Position numbers and translations under genes: made by a program. The notes below the pieces were generated by a model. The model was not told where the DNA came from. It did not search any database and saw only the letters and a program-made list of their open reading frames with translations. Source: Deltaproteobacteria bacterium (GTDB taxonomy: Bacteria; JADJOY01). Taken from it: a DNA stretch of 64,000 nucleotides. Numbering within the stretch: position 1 is the first letter of the stretch; every line of letters starts with the position of its first letter. Where the stretch lies: positions 34,436 through 98,435 of the forward strand of contig JADJOY010000017.1 in NCBI GenBank assembly GCA_016713535.1. The letters run 5' to 3'. Positions 56,205 to 64,000 of the stretch are shown piece after piece.

Positions 56205-57539
56205 TCACAGGATGTACCGGCTCAGGTCCGTGTCCTCGACGACGTCCTTCAGCCGGTCGCGGACCATCGCGGCGTCGACCTTCACGGTCTCGCCCTTGCG
56301 TTCCGGCGCGTCGAACGACACCTCCTCGAGAAGCCGCTCGATCACGGTGTGAAGGCGCCGCGCGCCGATGTTCTCGGTTTCCTCGTTGACCCGGGCCGCG
56401 GTCTCGGCGATCGCGCGGATGCCGTCTTCGGTGAAGTCGACCGTCAGCCCCTCGGTGCCGAGCAGCGCCGCGGCGTGGCGGATCGGCGAGCCCCCGGACT
56501 CGCTCAGGATCTGAACGAACTCGTCGACGCCGAGGTCGTCGAGCTCTACCCGGATCGGCAAGCGGCCCTGGAGCTCCGGGATCAGGTCGGACGGCTTCGA
56601 GATGTGGAAGGCGCCCGCGGCGATGAAGAGCACGTGATCGGTGCGCACCAGCCCGTAGCGGGTGTTGACGGTCGAGCCCCCGAGGAGCGGCAGCAGGTCG
56701 CGTTGCACGCCCTCGCGCGACACGTCCGGCCCGGCCTGGCCCTCGCCGCTGCCGGCGACCTTGTCGAGCTCGTCGAGGAACACGATCCCGGACTCCTCGA
56801 CCCGCTGCACCGCGGTGCGCTTCACTGCCTCGGCGTCGACGAGGCGCCCCGACTCCTCCTCGAGGAGCTGTTCGCGCGCCTCGGCCACGGTGGCGAGCCG
56901 GCGCTCGGTTCGCTTCGGGAACAGGTTCCCGAGCATGTTCTGCATCTGCAGGTCCATCTCCTCCATGCCCTGGGGAGTCATGACCTCGACCTTGGGAAAC
57001 GTCCGCACCGGCGTCTCGATCTCGATGGTGCGTTCGTCGAGGGCGCCGTCCTTGAGGAGCCGGCGCAGCCGGTCGCGAGAGGTCTCGCGCTCGCCCGGCT
57101 CGGCTGGACGCGACGGGCCGGGCAGCAAGAGGTCGAGGATCCGCTCCTCCACGCGCTCGGCGGCCTTGCCGCGCACCTTCTCCTCCTCTTCGGCGCGAAC
57201 CTGGTTCACGGCCTGGTGGACGAGGTCGCGGATCATCGACTCGACGTCGCGGCCCACGTAGCCCACCTCGGTGAACTTGGTGGCCTCGACCTTGATGAAC
57301 GGCGCCTTCACGAGCCGGGCGATGCGTCGCGCGATCTCGGTCTTGCCGACTCCCGTGGGCCCGATCATGAGGATGTTCTTGGGCAGGATCTCGCGGCCGA
57401 GCTCGACCGGAAGCTGCGCGCGGCGCCAGCGGTCCCGAAGCGCGACCGCGACCGCGCGCTTCGCCGCCGCCTGCCCGACGATGTACTTGTCGAGCTCGGC
57501 GACCACGCGCCTCGGAGTCAGCTCCTGTTCCAGGTCCAT
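56205..57539 (-). CDS. hslU: ATP-dependent protease ATPase subunit HslU
   Basis: Walker [14 protein letters not shown], sensor motifs, C-terminal ...DLSRYIL. Confidence 0.9.
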   Translation of the reverse strand: MDLEQELTPRRVVAELDKYIVGQAAAKRAVAVALRDRWRRAQLPVELGREILPKNILMIGPTGVGKTEIARRIARLVKAPFIKVEATKFTEVGYVGRDVESMIRDLVHQAVNQVRAEEEEKVRGKAAERVEERILDLLLPGPSRPAEPGERETSRDRLRRLLKDGALDERTIEIETPVRTFPKVEVMTPQGMEEMDLQMQNMLGNLFPKRTERRLATVAEAREQLLEEESGRLVDAEAVKRTAVQRVEESGIVFLDELDKVAGSGEGQAGPDVSREGVQRDLLPLLGGSTVNTRYGLVRTDHVLFIAAGAFHISKPSDLIPELQGRLPIRVELDDLGVDEFVQILSESGGSPIRHAAALLGTEGLTVDFTEDGIRAIAETAARVNEETENIGARRLHTVIERLLEEVSFDAPERKGETVKVDAAMVRDRLKDVVEDTDLSRYIL

Positions 57540-57582
57540 CGGGTCACCAGTCGCGTGCAGGCGGGCTCGAGCCGGCCCGCTC

Positions 57583-58137
57583 TCAGATCTCTTCGACGAC
57601 GATTTCGTCGTTCGTGTAGAGGCAGATCTCGGCGGCGATGCGGATCGACTCGAACGCGATCTTGGCCGGCTCGAGCTCGGTGTGGGCGAGCATCGCGCGC
57701 GCGGCCGCGAGGGCGTAGGGCGCCCCGGAGCCCACCGCGATCACGCCGTCTTCGGGTTCGATCACGTCACCGTTCCCCGAGATCAGCAGGCAGTGGTCGG
57801 GATCGGCGACGATGATCATCGCCTCGAGGCGGCGCAGGATCCGGTCGGTCCGCCAGTCCTTGGCGAGCTCGGCGGCGGCCCGGAGCAGGCTTCCGTTCGA
57901 CGTCTCGAGCTTCTCCTCGAACTTGTCGAGGAGCGCGCCGGCGTCCGCCGCGGCCCCCGCGAAGCCCGCGACCACGCGGTCGCCGTAGAGGCGCCGCACC
58001 TTGCGCGCGCTGTGCTTGAGGATCGTGTCGCCGAAGGTGACCTGGCCGTCGCCGGCCATGGCGGCCTTCTCGCCGCGGCGGACCGCCACGATCGTGGTGC
58101 TGCGCCAGCGGGGCTCGTCGCGTCGGCTTCGCATCAC
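57583..58137 (-). CDS. hslV: ATP-dependent protease subunit HslV
   Basis: [23 protein letters not shown]... The catalytic Thr is preceded by 11-12 residues (GTG 58137, ATG 58134) with no start codon adjacent to the Thr. Confidence 0.85.
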   Translation of the reverse strand: MMRSRRDEPRWRSTTIVAVRRGEKAAMAGDGQVTFGDTILKHSARKVRRLYGDRVVAGFAGAAADAGALLDKFEEKLETSNGSLLRAAAELAKDWRTDRILRRLEAMIIVADPDHCLLISGNGDVIEPEDGVIAVGSGAPYALAAARAMLAHTELEPAKIAFESIRIAAEICLYTNDEIVVEEI

Positions 58138-58388
58138 TGTCCCTGGAAAACGCGAGCAGGCCCGGCCGATGCACCGGACGCGATCCCGTCTCGACTCGTG
58201 GGAAAGCCGCTAGGAGTAGCACACACCCCCCCACCCCCCAAGGAACCGCTCGACCCGTCGTTGGCTGGAAGGGGACCGACGCCGGAACTCGCGGGGGCGG
58301 CCGGAGCCCCGCGTCTCGGAACGCGCGGTGCCGAACGTCGACCGAGCCATCGCCCCGGTGAGGCGTGCGAACCGAACGACCGCGCCCG

Positions 58389-59351
58389 TCACCCCTTGCG
58401 GCGCGCGCGCGGATGCGCGGCGTCGTAGTCGCGCGCGAGCGTACCGAGCCCGACGTGGGTGTAGCGCTGGGTGGTCGAGATACTGGCGTGGCCGAGCAGC
58501 TCCTGGATCGAGCGCAAGTCGGCGCCACCCTCGAGGAGGTGTGTCGCGAAGGTGTGGCGGAGGAGGTGCGGGTGGACGTTCTTCTCGAGGCCGGCGTCGT
58601 CCCGCGCCGTATCGAGCGCGCGCGCCATGCTGCGCGTGGTGAGGCGGCCACCGCGGGCATTCAGGAACAGCGCGAGTCGATCCTCGCGCCGGTTCGGGGC
58701 GTCGCCATCCGCGCGCTTCGCGAGCTCGGCGAGGAGCGCGGCTCGCGCTTCGAGGTACGGCCGCAACGCCTCGGCTGCGGCCCCACTGAGCGGCACGATC
58801 CGCTCCTTGCGGCCCTTGCCCCGCACGCGGATCAGCGAGAGGTCGGGCTCGATGTCGCCGAGGTCGATCCCCGCTGCCTCCGCCACCCGCACCCCCGAGC
58901 CATAGAGCAGCTCGAGCAGCAGGTGGGCGCGGCGCGCTGCGAAGCCGCCCTGGTCGGTGGCCGCGATCAACGCCTCGGCCTCCTCGAACAGGAGGTGGCG
59001 CGGCGTCGCCTTGGGCAGGCGCGGTGATTCCAGCACCTCGCTCGGGTCGCCCTCGATCCCACCTTCGCGCCTCACGAAGCGAAAGAAGGTGCGGAACGCG
59101 GAGAGCTTGCGCGCCGTGGTGGTGCGCTTGCGGCCCACGAGCCGCTTGGCCAGATGGGCGCGCAGGTCGGCGCGGGTGATCGAGGCCACCGCGATGGGGG
59201 CGGTCGCTCCACCGCGGCGCTCGGCGAGGTCTTCGGCGAGCGCTTCGAGCTCGGCGCGATAGCCACGCAGCGTGTGCGGCGAAGCGTTGCGCTCGACGCG
59301 GAGATACTCGGCGAAGCGCTCGATCCAATCACGCAGGTCCGAGGTCGTCAC
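58389..59351 (-). CDS. xerC: tyrosine site-specific recombinase XerC/XerD family
   Basis: R...HxxR...Y catalytic motifs (HPHLLRHTFATHLLEGGADLRSIQELLGHASISTTQRYTHV). Confidence 0.85.
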   Translation of the reverse strand: MTTSDLRDWIERFAEYLRVERNASPHTLRGYRAELEALAEDLAERRGGATAPIAVASITRADLRAHLAKRLVGRKRTTTARKLSAFRTFFRFVRREGGIEGDPSEVLESPRLPKATPRHLLFEEAEALIAATDQGGFAARRAHLLLELLYGSGVRVAEAAGIDLGDIEPDLSLIRVRGKGRKERIVPLSGAAAEALRPYLEARAALLAELAKRADGDAPNRREDRLALFLNARGGRLTTRSMARALDTARDDAGLEKNVHPHLLRHTFATHLLEGGADLRSIQELLGHASISTTQRYTHVGLGTLARDYDAAHPRARRKG

Positions 59352-59765
59352 GGCGCGACTCTACCCCGTTCGCCGCTCTCTCCGTGAGGCCGGGCGTGCG
59401 CGCCCAGCCTCGTAACGGCCGAGGCGCGGTGCGTCACGGGGTCGCAACGAGCGTTGCCCCACCAACGGCTTCTGGCATGGTGATTTCGCCTCTCGATGAC
59501 GGTGTCTGCGGGCTCTCCGGCGCCTGAGCGGCTCGCGGCACACGGCGTGCAAACCATCGAGTTTTCAGCGGTGTGGCGCGGTCTTGGGTGGACCGCACGC
59601 CGGGATCGCACCGTCCGGTGACGTCGATGGGCGAGGTTGGTGACGGTAAGTTTTGACGCACCGTGTTGAGCGTGGTTCAATGAGGGTTCCGTCCAAAGGC
59701 GGGACTCCGTTCTTTCAGGTGCCGACCATTCCGGCGGCAACTCGATGACGGAAAGGGGCAAGGGA

Positions 59766-61687
59766 ATGAGCACGATCCAGCACAGCACCGAGGCCGAATC
59801 CAGGCAGCTCGCCGAAGACTCGCGCGAGCAGGACTGGTCCGGGCGAGCCTTCATCCGCGAGATGTTCCTCGGGAACTTCGAGCTGGATGTCATCCACCCG
59901 TTCCCGCTCGAGAAGCCGTGGACGCCCGAGTTCCTGAAGTTCTACGAGGGGATGAAGGACATCCTCACCAACGTCGTCGACTCGGTCGAGATCGACGCCA
60001 CCGGTGAGTATCCCCCCCACGTCGTCGACGCGCTGCGCAAGATCGGCGCGTTCGGCATGAAGGTGCCCAGAGGTACGGCGGTCTCGGCCTGCACCAGGTC
60101 GAGTACAACCGCATCATGGAGATGGTGGGCTCGATGGACGGCAACATCTGCGCGTTGCTCTCCGCACACCAGTCGATCGGCGTTCCCCAGCCGCTCAAGC
60201 TGTTCGGCAGCCCCGAGCTCAAGAAGAAGTACCTTCCGCGCTGCGCCGCGGGCGCGATCTCGGCGTTCGCCCTGACCGAGCCGCACGCCGGCTCGGACCC
60301 GGCTAGCCTCTCGACCACTGCCGAGCCCAGCGAAGACGGCAAGCACTTCATTCTGAACGGCGAGAAGCTGTGGTGCACGAACGGTACGCTCGCCGAGCTG
60401 CTCGTGGTCATGGCGCGCAATCCCAAGACCAAGAAGATCAGCGCGTTCATCGTCGAAACCGCCTGGGAAGGCGTCACGATTCAGCACCGCTGCCGATTCA
60501 TGGGTCTCAAGGCTCTCGCCAACGCGGTCATCACCTTCAACAACGTGAAGGTGCCGCGCGACAACATCATCGGTGACGAGGGCAAGGGCCTGAAGATCGC
60601 CCTCGTGACGCTCAACACGGGTCGGCTCACGCTGCCGGCGGCGAGCGCGGGCGGCGCCAAGCGTTCGCTCGAGATCCTCCGTCACTGGTGCAACGAGCGC
60701 AACCAGTGGGGCGTTCCGGTCGGTAAGCACGAGGCGATCGGCCACCAGCTCGCCGACATGGCGGCGACCACCTGGGCCATGGACTCGGTGAGCGACCTGT
60801 GCAGCCAGATGGCGGACCGCGGCGGCTACGACATCCGCCTCGAGGCCGCGGCGGCCAAGGAATGGAACACCGTGCGCGGCTGGGAGCTGATCGACCGCAC
60901 CCTGCAGATCCGCGGCGGGCGTGGCTACGAGACCGAGAAGTCGCTCAAGGAGCGCGGTGAGTTTCCGGCGCCCGTCGAGCGCGTGATGCGCGACTGCCGC
61001 ATCAACCTGATCTTCGAGGGATCCTCCGAGATCATGCACCTTTTCATGGCCCGCGAGGCGGTGGACAAGCACCTCCAGGTCGCCGGCGCCATGATCAACC
61101 CCAAGTCGACGATCGCCGACAAGATGAAGGCGATGCCCGGCATCCTCGGCTACTACTCGAAGTGGTATCCGCCGCTCTGGCTCAAGGGCTTGACCGCGCC
61201 GTTCGCGTTCGCGGACTGGGGCCGCCTCGCGCCGCAGCTTCGCTTCATCGAGCGCAGCTGCCGCCGGCTCGCTCGCAACACCTTCCACGGCATGGCGATC
61301 TACCAGGCGAAGATGGAGCGCAAGCAGGCGTTCTTGTTCCGCGCCGTGGACATCGTGATGGAGCTCTTCGCGATGGCGGCCACGGTGTCGCGCACCCGCG
61401 CGTTGCTCGATGCCAAGGACGCCGATGCCCAGAAGGCGGTCGAGCTCACCGAGCTCTTCTGTGCCAACTCGCGGATGAAGATCGAGCGCCTCTTCGAGGA
61501 CCTCTGGACCAACAACGACGCGATCAAGAACAAGGTCGCGGGTCAGGTCCTCAAGTACGAGCACAAGTGGATGGAAGAGGGCATCATCGACATCGGCGTG
61601 ACGAACGATGCGATCCGTCCCAAGGCGATCATGGACCTTCGCAAGAAGGAAGCGGCCGAGGAGCCGCGTCTCGCCGCCGCATCCTGA
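59766..61687 (+). CDS. long acyl-CoA dehydrogenase family protein (about 640 aa); apparent -1 frameshift near 60075
   Basis: AAAGGGG RBS then ATG 59766. N-terminal 103 aa in frame 59745, remainder in frame 60116 (ACAD N/M/C domains). Junction cccagagg, probably missing one base. Confidence 0.75.
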
Positions 61688-61736
61688 CGTGACGGACTCG
61701 CTGGCTGCTCGCCGCGGCCAGTGAATGCAGATCAAG

Positions 61737-61768
61737 ACGGCCACCCTGACGGGTGGCCGTTTTCATTG
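61737..61768 (+). terminator. intrinsic terminator after the acyl-CoA dehydrogenase gene
   Basis: ACGGCCACCC-tgac-GGGTGGCCGT 10-bp stem followed by TTTTCATT. Confidence 0.7.
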
Positions 61769-61802
61769 GCGCCGAGGTGGGCCGCCGCGCCCGGGATCGA
61801 CG

Positions 61803-63368
61803 ATGCAGGGCCTCACCTCACTCGCCGCGCACCCTCGCGAGCTGCGCCTGGCGCGGTGGCTCTTCCTCCGTGGGGTCGCGGTGGTGTTCGTGATCGCGTT
61901 CGCGTCGCTGGCCATGCAGCTCGACGGGCTGATCGGACGTGACGGGATCCTGCCCGCCGCGGACTTCGCGGCCCGGGTGGCCGCGCGGCTCTCGGGCGCG
62001 CGCTTCACCCGGCTGCCGACGCTGGTGTGGTGGACCGGCGCGAGCGATCCAGCGCTGCGGGGGCTCTGCTACGGCGGTCTCGCGGCCTCGCTCGCGGCGG
62101 CGGCGGGCGTGGTGCCGATGGCGTCGCTGTGCGTGGCGTGGTGCTGCTACCTGTCGCTCTTCAACGTCGGTCAGGACTTCCTCGGCTTCCAGTGGGATCT
62201 GCTCCTCCTCGAGACCGGCCTTCTCGCGGTCGGGTGGGCGCCGCTCGCGCTCCGCCATCGGCGCTCCGATACCGACGAGCCGTCGCGGCCGATCGCCTGG
62301 CTGGTGAGGCTGCTCGCGTTCAAGCTCATGCTGCTGTCGGGGATCGCGAAGCTCGCGAGCGGCGATCCGGCGTGGCGTGACCTCACGGCGCTCACGTACC
62401 ACTTCGAGACCCAGCCGCTGCCGACATGGATCGGGTGGTTCGTCCATCACCTGCCGCGCTGGCTCCTGGTGGCGGCCTGCGGCGCGACGCTGGTGGTCGA
62501 GCTGGCCTTGCCGTGGGCGATCTTCGCCGGGCGCTGGGGGCGGCGGATCGCATGCGCCGGCTTCGTGGCGCTGATGGTCGGCATCGGGCTCACCGGGAAC
62601 TACACGTTCTTCAACCTCCTCACCGTCGTGATCAGCCTGGTGCTGCTCGACGACGACGATCTACGTGCGCTGGTTCCGGCGAAGTGGCGTGCGCGGTCGG
62701 ACGAGGTCCGAACCGCGGGCTCGTCCCTCGACGGAGCCGATCGACCCCCTCGCGCTCGGACCTCTCCGATTCGCTGGCCGACGAAGCTCCTCTCCGTGGC
62801 GCCGTGGACGCGGCGCGCCTTCGCCCTCGTGCTCGCGACCGCCAACCTGGGGATGTTCGTCGGCGGGCCGCCGGGGCTGGTGTGGCGTATGCTCGTGCCC
62901 CTTTCGTCGGTGAACCACTACGGGCTCTTCGCGGTCATGACCCGCGAGCGGCCCGAGATCACCATCGAGGGCTCCGACGACGGCGTCGAGTGGCGCGCGT
63001 ACGTGTTGCCCTGGAAGCCGGGGCCGGTCGATCGTCGGCCCGGCTTCGTCGAGCCGCACCAGCCGCGCCTCGACTGGCAACTGTGGTTCGCGGCGCTGAG
63101 CCCGGCCTCGAACGCGCGCTGGGTCGAGCGCCTGCTCGAGCGGCTGCACGAGGGCTCGCCTCCGGTGCTCGCGCTCTTCGCGGTCGACCCATTCCCGGAT
63201 GCACCGCCTCGGTACGTGCGCGCCACGATCGCGCGCTACCACGAGAGCGACTGGCGCACCCTGCGCGCCACCGGCGCGTGGTGGGCGCGCGAGAGTCCGC
63301 CGCTGCCCTATCTCGTCCATCCCCGGCTGCCCGCTCGGGCGGTTGAATCGCCCGGACCCGTCCGATAG
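61803..63368 (+). CDS. lipase maturation factor (LMF1/2) family polytopic membrane protein
   Basis: HYGLFAVMT..RPEITIEGS.DG..W..Y...KPG...RP.FVEPHQPRLDWQLWFAAL matches the LMF family signature; multiple TM segments. Confidence 0.75.
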   Translation: MQGLTSLAAHPRELRLARWLFLRGVAVVFVIAFASLAMQLDGLIGRDGILPAADFAARVAARLSGARFTRLPTLVWWTGASDPALRGLCYGGLAASLAAAAGVVPMASLCVAWCCYLSLFNVGQDFLGFQWDLLLLETGLLAVGWAPLALRHRRSDTDEPSRPIAWLVRLLAFKLMLLSGIAKLASGDPAWRDLTALTYHFETQPLPTWIGWFVHHLPRWLLVAACGATLVVELALPWAIFAGRWGRRIACAGFVALMVGIGLTGNYTFFNLLTVVISLVLLDDDDLRALVPAKWRARSDEVRTAGSSLDGADRPPRARTSPIRWPTKLLSVAPWTRRAFALVLATANLGMFVGGPPGLVWRMLVPLSSVNHYGLFAVMTRERPEITIEGSDDGVEWRAYVLPWKPGPVDRRPGFVEPHQPRLDWQLWFAALSPASNARWVERLLERLHEGSPPVLALFAVDPFPDAPPRYVRATIARYHESDWRTLRATGAWWARESPPLPYLVHPRLPARAVESPGPVR

Positions 63369-63399
63369 ATCGGCGCCGAGATCCCTTCGGAGGTGAGCG

Positions 63400-64000
63400 A
63401 TGCCCATCCTCACGGTACGTCCCACGCGAATCGTCCTGACCGTCGCCGCGGTGCTCGCGGTGGTGGCGACCGCCGCGCCGGCCCGCGCCGACCGACTCCA
63501 CGATCCCAAGGCCAGGCCCCATCCGGTCGAGCCACGGCCGCCGCTCGGTGAGCAAGAGCAGAGCACGATCCAGCTCTTCCGCCGCGCCTCGCCGAGCGTG
63601 GTCTTCATCAAGACCACCGCGGTCCAGGTCGATCCGTTCCGGATGCGCGCCTACGAGGTGCCACAGGGAGCGGGGACCGGCTTCGTGTGGACCAAGGACG
63701 GCTACATCGTCACGAACTTCCACGTCGTCCAGGAGGCGCGCGGCGCGACCGTGACGCTCGCCGACCAGTCCACCCACGAGGCCGAGCTCGTCGGCGTAGC
63801 CCCCGACAAGGACCTCGCGGTGCTTCACATCGAGCCGCCCGAAGGCGGCCTCAGGCCGCTGCCGATCGGCAGCTCGGGCGACCTCGAGGTCGGCCAGAGC
63901 GTGCTCGCGATCGGCAACCCCTTCGGCCTCGACCAGACCCTCACCACCGGCATCATCAGCGCCCTCGGCCGCGAGATCCAGTCGGTGAGCGGCCGCGCCA
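63400..64000 (+). CDS. HtrA/DegP-family trypsin-like serine protease (5' partial; runs off the window end)
   Basis: GGAGG RBS; signal peptide; GTGFVW...TNFHVV (His), D..DLAVL (Asp), GNPFGL motifs. Confidence 0.8.
   Translation, partial: MPILTVRPTRIVLTVAAVLAVVATAAPARADRLHDPKARPHPVEPRPPLGEQEQSTIQLFRRASPSVVFIKTTAVQVDPFRMRAYEVPQGAGTGFVWTKDGYIVTNFHVVQEARGATVTLADQSTHEAELVGVAPDKDLAVLHIEPPEGGLRPLPIGSSGDLEVGQSVLAIGNPFGLDQTLTTGIISALGREIQSVSGRA

Overview
This is a high-GC (about 70%) bacterial chromosomal segment with dense, mostly operonic coding. I call about 56 CDS; I found no rRNA, tRNA, CRISPR array or IS/transposase. The lineage is most consistent with Myxococcota: there is a MYXO-CTERM-like sorting tail at 46928-49147, an hslVU-xerC arrangement, and many lipoproteins. 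Core metabolism genes are lysA-dapF-dapA-dapB, metH, argH, argG, argF-argD-argB, hslV/hslU and xerC. Interleaved with them is an unusual concentration of general-stress-type small proteins: two CsbD, DUF3309, an lmo0937-family protein, OsmY/BON, DUF4398+OmpA, a YqjD/E/K-like module, Fe-SOD and a TerB-like protein. There is an EncFtn+encapsulin nanocompartment operon. There is a DUF3309 / B12-radical-SAM (DUF4070) / alpha-beta-hydrolase module. There is an operon of two AlkP-type phosphodiesterases flanking a flippase-like/sulfatase fusion. The signal I rate highest is six sigma-54 (-24 GG / -12 TTGC) promoter-like motifs with exact spacing, each correctly oriented upstream of one of these stress-type operons. 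A sigma-54-dependent NtrC-family activator is also in the window. Other non-coding structure: a REP-like two-hairpin repeat family (3 full copies plus 1 degenerate), a 98%-identical tandem duplication of a ~140-nt hairpin-rich element between an FN3 lipoprotein gene and metH, and an AT-rich triple direct repeat 3' of dapB. Six genes are split by single-base frame shifts, each in or at a homopolymer run; I treat these as probable sequencing errors, not pseudogenes. Many genes overlap by ATGA (stop/start), implying translational coupling. Plus-strand ORFs antisense to the large minus-strand genes are GC-rich reading-frame artefacts.
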